This document shows, piece after piece, positions 1 through 13,499 of a stretch of DNA of 64,000 nucleotides. Both the position numbers and the translations under genes were made by a program. The notes beneath the pieces were generated by a model. It made no database searches. It had not been told where the DNA came from and was given only the letters and a program-made list of their open reading frames with translations. The stretch covers positions 10,540,001 through 10,604,000 of the forward strand of contig CM060733.1 of NCBI GenBank assembly GCA_030704615.1. The letters are read 5' to 3'. Every line of letters begins with the position of its first letter. The stretch's first letter is position 1. This DNA is from Takakia lepidozioides. Its lineage: Eukaryota > Plantae > Bryophyta.

Positions 1-132
1 GCCTCTACTACACACTGGCATTTTAACCCCAGGGCAACTTATATTTGTCAGATTCTTCCTTACTCCAAAGTTCATGCTGGATCAAATACCCTTCTTCCCT
101 TCCTCTCTCCAGTTAGATAACCAAGGTCATAC

Positions 133-3100
133 CTGAACAAGAGTTGAACCCACATCAGCATTCCCAGGCGCATGCGTAACAAAAAAACATAAGCCTTGCA
201 AGGCCATGTCCAACTGTTCTGCCCACTCTGCAAATACATGACCGACTCATGACTGCGACAGCATAACAGACTGCGTGCATGCCTAGATATCGGATTATCA
301 GACAAGCACCAAGCACTTTTGGAACCTAAAGCTCTGAGGTTGTATTCTCCTGAATCTCCTGAGAAAGCACAGCTATCTGTCCATGGATGACAATCAGACT
401 GACTAGTCAGATGGTCAAAAGATACGCACCACTGGTTGCAGAGCTACCCAGCAGGCCCACTAGCTGCTGCTCATGAAAAGGTAAAGTCGTGGAGAGGGTT
501 TGCCAAAGAGCACGAATGTGGCTAACAGGGTACCCAGCATTGCAGCTAAGTGTTGCTAGCACTCTCAAACCCAATTGTTCCCAGGCCCTTTTGCCAGGTC
601 TGATAACGTCTCCACCATCTACATTGGTTGCCATGGCCAGAATTGGCGTCACAACCTGCCCAATTTCAACACTGCTGCACAGGCAGGATCCCAATCAGTC
701 CCTTGCAAACACTTGTAATGTGAGTTGTTCGAGGAGCATAATGCTTATACGGGGCTTCAAACATCCAACAGAAAGAAGGTGGGCATGGAGGGGACAAATA
801 ACCTGGTTGAGAAATCTGCACGGGAGATAACATGGTCACAAAGGATTCCAGTATAAAGTCTGGCTATGGGTATGACATCAACATCCGTCTTCTTTTCCAA
901 AATCCTCAAACTCTTGAGTGCCTGTTCCCAAATCCATCCAACAGAGGCAGCAGCTGACACATAAGGCAGACAAAAACAACAACAAGAATTGTGCCATTCG
1001 AAAATAAGTTGCTACATTTTTCTGCACACGATCCATGAGCTGATGTACAAAGCTTCAGAAATTCATATTGCTGAATCCCTGCGGAAGGCTTACTTGAATC
1101 AGGTCCTCTGTAAGTCGCAAATCTTCCCAGACACTTTTGCTGCTTATCACCTGCATTTCAACATAGCCATTTCAACTGTCAGTTATCTTCACATATATGC
1201 TACAATGATACAAACCATATCATTTATCCAGAATTGGGTGTTCTGCAGTTGGTTGATTGTCCATGCTGGAATCATCTAAGACTGAATTACCCTCATATAT
1301 CAATTTGAGGAACCTCTTGTTGACAGTACATATGGGATCCTGAAGTATGTACTTAACAATCGCACAACATGCTCAACAAAATGACTTCATGGAACAATGA
1401 TCACAGGATATGCTCGGCATGGGTGCTTCATCAAGTCATTCAAGGAGTTGGATGGTTGGCATTTGGCAAGAGTCAAAGTCACCCGTGTGGTCAACCCATA
1501 TGACAGCCTAGGAGCATGCTAGCATCATGAAGGCTGTACTTGCACACAAATTATTTTTGAGACTGCTCTTGTTGAGATGTTAACTAAATGCTGGAGCAAG
1601 GACATGAGTGCTCAACCATCTGGGGATCAAATCAGGAGTACACAAAAATGGAAAATATGGTCAAGCAAGATGTGGTCTCATGGAGTGTAATGATCAGAGG
1701 ATGTGCCCAGCATGGGCTTGGTGGGACAAGCCTGCACCTATCTGAACAAATGCTATAAGAAGGCTTGATTCAACCATATCAACTTCCGATCTCTCCTCTC
1801 GGTAAGCAGCTTATGTAATGGCAGGAGTCGAGTGACAGCCTAACTCCTAAAGTGGAGCATTTTGGCTCCATGGAGGACAATTGAATGAGGCAGGGGTATT
1901 CATTCACAAACTTCCCAGAGAACCACATGCATCAGTGTGCCTGTACAAAATTATGGTCCATTCTTACAATAGATCCGTGGCATCCTATGCGTTGCTATAC
2001 ATTTTCAAGGACAATGGAGAGGAGCCAGGGCCAGCTGCATCAAGATCACCATCAATTGCATACATTCATTGTAGAAGACAGATTTTGTCCACAATTGAGG
2101 ACATACATGCTGAGCTGAACAGATTTGGATGACTAAGATCAGGTTTTCTGTGTGGTGTCCCCAATCCTAATCAAGTGATGAATAACAGCTACTTCTTACC
2201 TCATAAGGGACCAGATTTGTAAGCAAAATGATTCTGCTGAGGATTTCAGACCACCCAGCTTTATAAACTTGCCCTGTAAGTGCCTCTGTTGCCCTTCGTA
2301 TGGGCTGCAGCTCTCCGACCTGAATCTCCAGAGGCTCCCAATCAGTCTCATCTGTTTAGAGATACAAGCACTCAAAGTCAGCCACCACAAAGTAGAATCC
2401 AGAAGCTGCAAGGGTGGCAACTTGAATACAGCGAGATAAGAGAAGGGTGCACTACCATTGTCCAGCTCTGATGCGACCTCATCACTCCTGAACACAGTCG
2501 GTTCTCCGCCCTCTAGCACAGAGTCAACCCAGCTGTTGTCCGAAGGTGGCTGGTCATCCAAGTCAGTGACAGACAGCTCTGAAAATGAGGTCAGAAGGCA
2601 ATGAAGGGAGGCTCCATCATCATGCCGGGCGAGAGCAAGCCTTTGGGTAGGTGCTTTAAGAAACACACTAGCTGCACATCACAAAAGCTGACGAATCTTG
2701 AGCCAGGTCATCTTCCTCTACACTCACATTCACAATTCTTTACCCATGTAACACAGTCAGGCTCCAATTGTAAGTTGGGCACAGATATACAAACTGACCA
2801 CTACTTGATCTGCAGTCCAAAGGCTACCATTAAAGAATACAATATCTTGAAACCTCACAAATCTCAATCTGTCACCACGGAGTGCTGGAGAATGTAACGC
2901 TAAAGACTATCAGACAATCCACTTCCCTATACTCTTTGAGGTCATGTTGAAAAAACAACCATCTCAAAGAGAAGCATTTACCACAAAGACACACCAGATG
3001 AATCCTCAGAGGATTGAGGTCAGCAGTTTCCGCCATGGAGTGCTGTTGCCCCAAATGAGTTGCCAACAGGTACCTGCATTGCAAGGCACCAACCAATTAT

Positions 3101-4482
3101 CACATTTGCTGCTACTGTCTTCGGCAATGCAATCATCTGACCCGACGACAACAACAGAATTCCACTGAAATATAGCACAGGAGAGCACATAGTAGGGAAG
3201 GGAGTGGGGCAGGGTGCTGTGGCCAAGTAGCAGGTATCTATACACCTGTAAATTGACATTTGTGGTGGTACCTGAGCCCAGACAAAAATTGTGAGGTGAC
3301 AGGAAACCGAAGCCTTCCATTTCCCAAGGCATCCGATCTGCACAATACCATTGTTTCATCAAACCTCCAGAATTGACAAAAACGATGCAAGCTTGAGGTC
3401 TTACTCTTCCACAGCCAAGGCCTGTGCCAGGTATAACCCCTTCGCGTCTTGAACAGTCTTGCAGATGCAGTGTAGGTTTGCAGAAACCCTAATGCAGTGA
3501 GTCCGTATCTTGTCATACTCTCACATCAAAAGGGTGGCCTCCCAACTACAGTTATTCCCATGACCAAGTGACCTAAATTTGTGGTTATATAACTCTCGAA
3601 CCCTAAATGGCGTATCTTATCGTGAAGTAAAAGGATTTGCCCTGCGTTATAAGCAGCTTGCGTGCCTACATTGCTCCAAACCAGGGAGAGAAGTAGGTGC
3701 ATACCTGTATGCACCGGCGAGAGCAGCCAAAGCAGGTGTTGTTACCACCTGCCAACACCAAAGTCTTTCTTTACAATTGGCTCTCCAATTTGTCTAGCCC
3801 TAAAACGCCTTCAAGACAAAACCCTAGCTAACTTCCCGATGGCATTATCTTATGTCTCGCAGATCCTTGAGAGCCTGAGCTGCTTGAAGAAAGACCTGTC
3901 GATTTGCGCCCCAAAATAATAATTCGAACCATCTTCTGTCTCTATAAACGCCATCGCAATATTTGCAATCCCAACGATGGAAACAGCATAACCAAAAACA
4001 ACGCAATAATACCCAGATTTGCTACCCAGTCAGCAGAAATAAATCAGTGGTGATTGCTGAAAACTTGATAAATTAGGAGAATAACCGCCGTGGGTAATGA
4101 AGGACTCAATTTGTCAATGCAACACAACCCAACTACTGAACACTCAGTATCGACAGCGCAATTGAATCGCAGGCACGCACCGGGAAGTCATAGCAGAGAC
4201 TTCTGTAGGCTTGCTCCGCTTCGCGATTTTCGTCTTCGGCCTGCTGCCGGACTGCAGCCGCCCCAGCCGCACAGAAGGGCGGCATCAAAACTCCTCCTTG
4301 CAACGCAACAAAGCAGATGCTAGCCTGCCACCCTCGGTTGCAAAGGAGATTCCTTGAATTTCCCGACAGAGCACGTGGGTGGCCCACTCCCACGCCCTTG
4401 CTCTGCTCTCCACCGTCCCTTTGTCCCCTGGGCCCTCCCCCGGCGGACTACACCACTCCTCCCTCCCCTCCCTCATGGGCAT
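133..4482 (-). CDS. Uncharacterised multi-exon protein-coding gene (3' part continues beyond window start)
   Basis: Short GT-AG-bounded exons join mostly in phase: MREGREEW..ISFATE / VRQQAEDENREAEQAYRSLCYDFP / VVTTPALAALA / GTQAAYNAGQILLLHDKIRHLG / TVQDAKGLYLAQALAVEE / SDALGNGRLRFPVTSQFLSGL / SGILLLSSGQMIALPKTVAANVIIGWCLAMQ / LALARHDDGASLHC..ELDN / DETDWEPLEIQVGELQPIRR / VISSKSVWEDLRLTEDLIQ / ALKSLRILEKK..DFST / SVEIGQVVTPIL..SATS / EWAEQLDMALQGLCFFVTHAPGNADVGSTLVQ. Some junctions are unresolved and no family is recognised. Confidence 0.7.
1380..2150 (+). pseudogene. PLS-class PPR (E/E+) pseudogene, antisense within an intron of the left gene
   Basis: Disrupted motifs MITGYARHG, DVVSWSVMIRGCAQHGLG, FIHKLPREPHASV (E domain) and HTFIVEDR (E+ region), with stops and frameshifts. 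Confidence 0.75.
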
Positions 4483-5844
4483 GCCATGGCATGGGCCATA
4501 GGGATACCGGAGCTTTGACAGATCAACTCAAGTAACTTAGGTACCTTTAAGTAACTTTTTAAGTAGCTTAAAGTAGCTAATTATATATTTTTATACATAC
4601 ATATGCAAAACTCATTCTTGAATAATTGGGTCTTTAAGGCTCACATGCCGGGCAGCGGGCCCCACAAACGGACGCGGGTGGCCTCGGGTCCGGCTCCCAA
4701 CTTAAAGACCCAATTAATCTAAAATGAGAGGCTATACATATATATGTTTTAGTAAACAGTGGCCCTGGATAGAATCTTATTAGAATTATTGAAGGGAAAA
4801 ATATGAAAACCCTCGTTGGCACATGGTCGCCATAAGGCCCAAACCGTTAGGGAATTGCAAAAAGGCCTTGATGTGAAATGCAGCGCAATTCACTTGATCA
4901 GATGCCAATTCAATTGAATTGCGATGCCAATTCAATTGAACTAACCTTAATTTGCAATTCAATTGAATTGTAATCTATAATTTTTAACGCAGTTTTGTAT
5001 ATAATATATATAATATATTATCATGTATATGTATGTATATGTATCATATACACATATACATACGAGAGTATAAGCTGAATATACATGTTGGCCCGTCTAT
5101 TCCTGCTGCCCGTCCATCCTTTGCTTGTGGTAAGGCCTAAGTCACGACATGAGTCGCGTAGCCTAAAGGAGAGATATATACTAGAGAGAGAGCAAGAGCG
5201 AGGGAAAGGGAGAGAGAAATGAAGTGATGAAGGGTTTTTAGGGCAGAGGTGCCCTAAAAGTGAAAGGATCAAATCAGTTGGAGGACGAGAAGTAACGAGA
5301 GAAGAATGCAATAACAAGTTTAGGGTTGAGCGGTGGTGGAGCGGTGGTGGCGCTATGTATGATGGAAGCCTTCTTGGATCACCAAATGACAAGATCTGCC
5401 CATGAGTAAGCACATTCCCATATTGGCATGAGTTCCCCCAATCATTGATAAAGATATCATTTTAGCTAAAGCTGTAGTTCTTGTGTACGTGCAGGTGACT
5501 CATGAGTTTTGAGGAGAGAACTTTAGGGGTAGTAGAGTGGGTTACCAAACGCTCCTCAACACACACACTGAAAGAAAGAGCTTAATCACATGGTTTGTTT
5601 TCAACCTGCCCACACTGTGTACTGTGGTTTGATAATACATTTTAGGATAGAGTAGTTGTTGTTTCAAAGTACATTTGGTTCATCTACTTGATAGCCTATG
5701 TGAACTTTAGTGACGTAAGTCCTATGGGGAGTGTGTGAGTGGATGCAAAGACTACAGAATTAACAGCAAACAATTACAACAAGGGCAAGGTCGAAGGCAT
5801 TGGCATTGGGGCTATTAAGCAGAGATAAGACAGATCATGTGAGC

Positions 5845-6215
5845 ATGGAAAACAACCATTTGGATGGTGACAAAGTAGTGGATGATTTAGTACTTTATGT
5901 GGAAGCAATGTTGAATGAGGGTGCCACAATGAAATCAATCGCCACTGCCCTTTCTTTTGATGATGTACGACCATTGAGAAGATTGCTATCAGAAGTCCAA
6001 GGGTCTCCTTTCAAAGTTCATCATGAATTGAGTGTCCAACGCTTGTGTGAAAAGATTCAAGAGTTACTTCATATTGAAGAGAATGGGTCAAATTGGGGAA
6101 TGAGAACAGTGCAATCTGCCTTAAGGAGGTCAAATTGGCGGATTCCTTGAAGGAAGGTGGGGGAAGCTTTGAAAATCATCTCACCCTACCATTATGAGCG
6201 TAGGAGAAGGGGGGG
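5845..6215 (+). pseudogene. N-terminal HTH region of an IS3-like/integrase-core transposase, truncated
   Basis: GATMKSIATALSF..RPLRRLL...NWGMRTVQSALRRSNWRIP*RKVGEALKIISPYHYERRRR resembles the segment just before the DDE core in eukaryotic IS3-like transposases. In-frame TGA at 6148; no DDE core seen. Confidence 0.55.
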
Positions 6216-6829
6216 CAGGGCCTGGGTTGTATGATCTCTGGAGGGTTGTGAAATTGTTGGGTTTCATTGGGAAGTGCACAGCGTGAGGCTCATGAGGCCG
6301 CCTTTTATCTCCAACAATCTTTGTCTGCCCCACATATGAGACAATGATGACCAACTTGCATCATTTTCAAGAACCCTCTATTCATAATCTAAGAATTTTG
6401 CATACAGTAATAAAAATCTGAATATACACTCATGGAGACACGAATATTCAACCAGGACTTATAGCTGCACCCTTGTCTCTTATATGCCATGTACCTTGAG
6501 TTTAAAATCTGATAACTTGTGTTCTGTTGATTGGAGTCATGGTTTCTCCAACTGCTGTATACCTTCCATAGCCACCGAGAGGTCTATCTCTCCAGGTTCT
6601 GGAACACTCTTGTAGCCTATACAACCACAAAGTAGAATTTTTTTGCTTCCATGTAACATTTATTTTTCTCACATAAGTGGTCAACAACCTTACACTTGGC
6701 ATGATGATGATAGGTATGACAGGTATGATGATGAATGGTATCACTTGGCATGATAGGTTAGGAGTCTACTTTGAGATGCCCAAGTCAAGTTTCAACCTCT
6801 ACTGAATGGACGCCCTTTGCGCAGGTGTA

Positions 6830-7125
6830 GCGGTATAGTGCTTGATTACAACAGAACTTAGTTAGTTTTGGTAAATTAGTCTATATGCAGGTAGAGGTAT
6901 CGTCATTGGGTACTAGCCCTGTTTGGTATACTCACAGAGGTACAACGCTTGATTCCAAAGAAACTTCGTCAAAACTACACCATATGTAGGTAAGGGTATC
7001 GTTATGAGGTAGTTTCCCTGTTTGGTATACTCACAGAGGTACAGCGCTCGATTCCAAAGAAACTTAGTCAAAACTACACTATATGTAGGTAAGGGTATCG
7101 TTATGAGATAGTTTCCCTGTTTGGT
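6830..7125 (+). repeat. Tandem ~83-bp repeat array (3-4 units); inverted counterpart at 12480-12730
   Basis: The unit gtaggtaagggtatcgttatgaggtagtttccctgtttggtatactcacagaggtac.. recurs here; reverse-complement units (cctctg..gtatactaaacaggg..actacctcat..gatacc) occur at 12480-12730. Confidence 0.75.
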
Positions 7126-8553
7126 TTGACTGGTGGGTGTTGCTTACAATCTAAATATGTTAGCATGTTTCATCTGCACCTTGAGACACTAACCAATTTC
7201 ATACTGCCAAGCCCTTATAGTGCCAATATATGGCTATGTACATATACCAAACATGATACCACTGTAAGAGTATCAACGTCTAAGAGTTGATATATTAAAC
7301 TCTCTATCGAACACACAGCCCAATTGCAACATGATACCTTTGTAAGGGTATCGAAACAAGATTATTGGAGATAATTCTCGAAATGAACATGTCTTTTGTT
7401 TTCTCTGGGGTTGTGTCATGGGGGCCAGATACTAGTGCCAGGGGAGTACATGATGATGCAGGGGAAGCCATTCATCAATTGTGAGGTTTGAAATTGTCTG
7501 TTTCTTTCAGAGCTAGCCATATTTCTTTTGCCAGTGAATCAGAGGAAGCTGAAGCACTTCTGAGTAAGTCATCTATCTCCCAAAGGGTCCCCAAAAAATG
7601 AGATGGAGCTAGCCCTGGCATGCACATCAAACCCATTTAGCTCACAAGCAGTTTAAGGAGGTTTGCATAAACATTTGGCCAAGGTTTGAGGGCTTTGCCT
7701 CATTCCAACAATAGTATTTACCAAAGCACATAACGTGCTTGTAATAACACTCGGGCTGCATGTGGGGTTCATGGGATGTTGAATGGAAGTTGAGGAATTT
7801 GAAAGGCTGGAGTGGGAATCGAGAGCATGAATGCTGAGTTCTGCAATAGTGATGAGATTATGGTTGTAGTGCAACGTTGTAGTGGGTTTGTTATTGGCAG
7901 CCCAACACTTGCAAGCCACATGCCCACTCCTATGAAGGTGTGACTGGTGATCTACTGACCAGTCACTTAGTCAAACCAGCGATACGCAGGCAGTGGGTAG
8001 AGTGGTGGATGAGCAGCACATGAAGTTGTCTACTGCTGCCTGCAAGCTCTTGAGATGTGGCTCTTTTTTTAGCAGATTGGCCAGCAACCTAATTTTGCGG
8101 AGACAATAAACACTCAACAGTCACACTGACCATCAACCTAAACTTAATTCCAAGCATTACAGACGAGCCATGACACAAACACTAACCCCTTCACTCCAAT
8201 TGTTCTTCATGTGTTTTGCTCACAGACTAGTTTACCAGTTAGGGCCTTCTTGCTCACATCTTCAAAGAATACAAGCACTGCAAACACATGTTGCTGGCTA
8301 GCAAGGTTCAAGTCACACCCTTCCAATGGAAATGACAGCAGAAACAAAATGAAGCCAACCAACTCCCTAAACTCATTTCCTAACATTGTTAACCATGTTG
8401 AGCACCACATCTGAAATAAGCATGTCTCAGATTGATTTAGATATGTACCTTGTCACGAGTGGTGCATGTAGCTTCCCTGTACCCACAGTAAACCTTGACT
8501 ATTGTTACAATTTGCACAAAAGCTTGTCAAGTAACTTTCACACCTACTCTTAT

Positions 8554-11487
8554 CCTTGAGGTCATCTAACATGTCCTCCCCCATGTCACAGACTGGAAAC
8601 AAGTTCAGGGAAGTTTTCTGCCTAACTTCATTCTCATCAGACAATCTCATGGCAACAGACATGGCTGAGGACACTAGAGCCTCTAAGTCAGACTTATCCA
8701 GTAGGGTCAAGCCTTGCGGATACAGGTCCAGGTCCTTGAGGATCTCTTGTACTCTCTTCTGCCAGGACTTAGCCTGTTTGACAGGGCGGTCCTGTTTCCA
8801 AGATATAGAGTTGATTAATTTAGGATATCTGGTGTTGGGCATATGTTGCAGCTGACCCCACCATCTGACCTTGAATTCATGTCGTCGGGAGCTGAAGGAC
8901 GGAATGCCAAACTCACCCCGAACAGCCACATTGGTTGTTTTGGAGCATGCTGACATACACTCCTTAACCACCCCCACTTGAATGGATTCTAGAGACTTAG
9001 CCTGGTTGGAGTTATCAACCCATATAGCAGATCCGTACTCCAAGGCAGGTCTAATAACGCGACAAAGCATGGTTTTCTTAACCTCAGAGTTGACCCCTCT
9101 GCAGTGGAAAAATTTAGTGAGCCCCAGTGCTTTGCCCTTGCCAGTTTGAACAACTTTCCGGATATGTGCATCCCAATTACAATTGGAGGAGAACTCAACG
9201 CCCAGGTAAGTGTAGGAAGGGAGGACCGGGATCTCTTGGCTACCCCACTGCCACTTAAGATCACTTCCTCCCTCTCCTCTGTCGTTGAATGCTACCACTG
9301 CACATTTGCTGACATTAGCCTCTAGCCCCCAAAGATCAAAGTATGTCTTCGCGCAATCAATCAACTCCTGGAGATTGGTTGGAGTCTCCCCTATGCCTGC
9401 GAAGTCATCCGCAAACATAAGGGCTGGTATGGTGGTATCACCCACCCTTAACCCAAATCCCTCACTTTCCACATCCTCGAGGAGTTGATTGATGAAAACA
9501 TTGAAGAGCAGAGGGGAGAGAGTACATCCTTGAGCTACACCTTGGTCTAAGTCAAAGGAGTTGGACTTCTGTCCGTTAACAGTGACACAGCTTTTGGTGT
9601 GAGCATACAAGTTGTGGACAAGTCTCCACATCTTTCCCTTGATCCCACAAGACCAGAGGCGGAACCATAGGCCATCTCTCCACACTGTGTCATAAGCCTT
9701 TTTGACATCCAGGAAAAAGACATAAGTGGGTTTCCCTTCTTTTTCCTTCCCTGGATAATCTGGCTTAGAGTGAAGATATGATCCACACAGCCCCTGTTTC
9801 GCCGAAAGCCAGCTTGGCCTTCGTGGAAACAACCTCTAGACTCCAGATCAACCTCGAGACGAGTACTTATAAATAAGCAGAATGTCTTGCCAACAACATC
9901 GAGGAGCGTGATGCCACAGTAGTTCCCCGGTTCTTCTCTGTCACCCTTCTTGTATAGATTGACAATGACCCCCTGTCGCCAGCGAAAGGGGATCATTTCA
10001 GTCTTCCAGAGAAGGTTAAAGAGGAGAAGTAGGGCCTCTATCATGGGATTGCCACCGTGCTTGATAAGCTCGTTGACAATACCATCTGGTCCAGGAGCTT
10101 TACCTCCATTTAAATGTTCAATTGCTTCGACAATCTCAGAATAACTAATGGGAGCATTATAAGCCATTGAAATATACTCCAATTCATCAGGGCTGTTTTG
10201 AATCATAGGAACAGTTTTTCCAACTGTGTCCCTCCATTCAGCAGAAGACCCCTCACTGTTATACCTAGAAGGTCTGCCAAGGATACTGTAGTGAGTTTCA
10301 AAGGTTTTGACAATGTCAACCGATGAAGTCACCACTGCACCTTTAGTAGTCTTCAGCGCTTGTACTTGCTGACCGTTTTTCGGTTTGTACAAACGTTGAA
10401 GGGCCAAGCAGAATTTCTTGTCATTACCACCATGGTGGTTTGAGTTTATTTCACTGTATAACTTGTCCCAATATAATTTTTTCTGAGACCTAACAAGCTG
10501 ATTGATATCTTTACGGAGCTGGTAGTACCTCGCCCACAATTCTCTGTTGGTTTCCAAATTGCAGCACTGTTTATAGAGGGCTCGTCTCTCAGCTATCTTG
10601 AGTTTAATCTCATTAGTCCACCAATTAACTGCTCTACCGCAGACAATTAGTTTCCTCCCAATGATCTTGTCAGCCACGGAGGAAACGAAACTCTCCCAAG
10701 AGTCCACTGCTCTTTCGACTTCATTTATTGCGTTAACAGAGCGTGACTGAAGTTCTTGGAGCGATTGGACAAAATGAGGGAGAGCCTCTTGCAAGGCCTG
10801 GACGTACTCATCCTTGACCTCCTCATTGTGGAATTTTTCTATGCGCCACTTCCGAATCGAATGTTTCACAGATCTCTTGGTGGTGGGAAAACACCTTTTG
10901 ATGTCAGTCCAAACCAGCAAGTGGTCAGAGGTACCAATATCAGTTCTGTCGATCAACACATCGGCACACTGGGGGAACAAAATTTTGTACATTATGATAT
11001 AGTCCACAATGGAACGTTCCCCAGTTTGGGGTTTCTCACGAGTCCACTGCACTTGGTCACCTCTTGTCCTGTTATTGAAGGTCAAAAGCTGAAGCTCTTC
11101 TAGACAGTTAATTAACCGTCTGCCATTAGAATTCAGCTCGTCCTCACCAAAAGGTCCAATGATATCGTCCTGATGGATCCCTTTGCCCACCCAGGCATTG
11201 AAGTCCCCCAATAGTACCACCTGACCTTTGGCAAGGAACGAAGCACAGTCCAACTTCAAAACTTGTGAGGCCTTGTCTGCGTCAGCACACAGGGTCCCCT
11301 CTGTGGGCATGTAAACACAACGGACAAAGAGGTCCAGCAGAGTACTCATGCCGCCCTTCAAATTCAGTTTTAGCCAGATACTATGCTCGTACCTCAAACC
11401 CTTGTTGATAATTTCACAATTGTCAAACAAGAAATCACGGACGAACTTATTTGAGATTGAATTGATGCGGGACTCTATTAGAAGCAC
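8554..11487 (-). mobile_element. Non-LTR retrotransposon ORF2 (APE endonuclease + RT), RTEX-like, frameshifted and 3'-truncated; possible ORF1 remnant at 11447-12070
   Basis: Endonuclease motifs VVLLGDFNA, SIVDYII, SDHLLV; RT motifs KAPGPDGI, QAGFR..RGCVDHIF, FLDVKKAYDTV, GVAQGCTLSPLLF, LMFADD, YTYLGV. One frameshift near 9750. Homology to the other copies stops at 8554. Confidence 0.92.
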
Positions 11488-12086
11488 TTTTGGTCATTGC
11501 AACCTTCAACGTACCCCTGTTATCAAGTCTCGAGATGGTACCATTAACCATGAAATCCAAGCCTAAGGTATAGCATGTAGTTTTAAAGGACACATTGTCC
11601 ATCCTGGGATTCACCCCAAAAACTACACATGAAGCCCTAGATTTGGCATAAGTAACCAATTCCCAGGGATCACCCTGAGGAGTGTTGATGTTGATAGGAG
11701 CTAAATTTTTGATTGTTTTCGCAGGCCATAAGTTAAAGCACAAGAACCAACCCGAGCCCAAGTGCCGAGTATGCTAGACAGAGCATACGACTGCCCAATT
11801 TGGGCGGAGGGGTTGCCCCCAAGCGGTAGGAGTCCGCTTGTTACCATTCAGAGATCACACTCCAGGGAGTTGCAGGGAATGGCCCGTGTAGGCATATTCT
11901 AAAGAGGGAAAGGCCCCAAGCTTTCCAACTAAATCCAATGCACTACCTTACCTGAAGCAAAACGCTTAAGGTCGAAACAAACAAGGACACGAGGTCAGAA
12001 GGCCGGCATTTAGTGACAGAGACATTAATGTACTCCCGTTTCAAGTCCACCCAATGTCAATAGGCTTCCTAGAGGACAGGGAGAAA

Positions 12087-12128
<42 letters not shown>

Positions 12129-13499
12129 GAAATGAAATAGGGTCTGGTTGTTTGTTTCTCCCTTGGCACCTAAGGTGATATTAGTTGTCTTCCGCATACA
12201 TATCCAGCACACCAGAAAGAGAAGAAAGCTCTTTGAACTTACTTGAAGCATCTTGTATTTCCGAGGGTGCAGCATCCTTCATACTCAGGATGGACACGGT
12301 TGCCTTACCAAATGTGTCAGCTCTGCTGCTGCCTCTTCCTTGGCCTCTTCCTGTCCACCCAACCATGATACGTACCATGAAAAACTCACTTGACATTTCT
12401 ATCCCACTCTTCTTATTGAGTAAACCAGAAACAATAGACAATCATGTAGCCAAGTGCTACGCGATGAACAGCTGTAGAATCCTCTGTAGGTATACTAAAC
12501 AGGGCAACTACCTCATAAAGATACCTCAACCTGCATATAGGCTGATTTGACCAGGTTTCTTTGTAAGTCAAGCGCTATACCTCTGGTGGTATACTAAACA
12601 GGGCTACTGTCTCATGACGATACCTCCGCATAAATATAGATTAATTGGCCAACTTTTCTTGTAAAATGAAATACTATATTTCTATAGATATATCAAACAG
12701 GGCTACAACCTAATGTCGATACCTCTACTAGTATATATGTGTAGTATATATCTCTCCTTTAGGCTACGCGACTCATGTCGTGACTTAGGCCTTACCACAA
12801 GCAAAGGATGGACGGGCAGCAGGAATAGACGGGCCAGCATGTATATTCATCTTATACTCTCATATATATATGTGTATATGATACATATACATATACATAT
12901 ACATGATAATATATTATATACAAAACTGCGTTAAAAATTATAGATTACAATTCAATTGAATTGCGAAGTGGCAATTCAATTGAATTGCAAATTAGGGTTA
13001 GTTCAATTGAATTGGCATCTGATCAAGTGAATTGGCATCTAATCAAGTGAATTGCGCTGCATTTCACATCAAGGCCTTTTTGGAATTCCCTAAACCGTAC
13101 CAGTGTTGGACTGGTATCATGTTTTTTATATACCAGACTGGTCCTGGTACCAGACGTATCACAAAACTTTCATACCAGTCTGGTCTAGTCTATATAATGG
13201 TGGATGTATTTTTTTTTCCAGATACTGGTATGAATATATACCAGCTGGTATGAGATATCAACTCTGGTATAATTCCAAAGCCATCATGAGTTACAAATTT
13301 ATCAAATGGCAAGTATCAAGTGAAAACAAATAAACTAAGTAAATATATTTAAGTACAAGTATATAGGCATATGTACACATAAATTATTTCAGTATACAAA
13401 CCAGAGTAAATGAGGAAGACAAAAGGGGAGTACTGGTATTGTGGTTGGTATGAAAGGACTGATACTACCAATCCTTCACCTATATACCAGTCTACCCAA

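Larger units (their letters stand above)
4848..13092. mobile_element. DNA transposon with ~340-bp TIRs and 6-bp TSD (IS3EU-like), degenerate, with a nested LINE
   Basis: 4848-5183 is the near-exact reverse complement of 12742-13092. Termini are TAGGGAATT...AATTCCCTA. AACCGT directly flanks both ends (4842-4847, 13093-13098). Confidence 0.8.

Noticed and set aside
5130-5185. Helitron 3' end (hairpin + CTAG) explaining the 4848/13092 repeats
   Set aside because: The flanking 6-bp duplication and inverted orientation fit TIRs of a single element better.
7500-8410. HECT-like domain in the second gene of the TIR element
   Set aside because: No diagnostic motif could be read in any frame.
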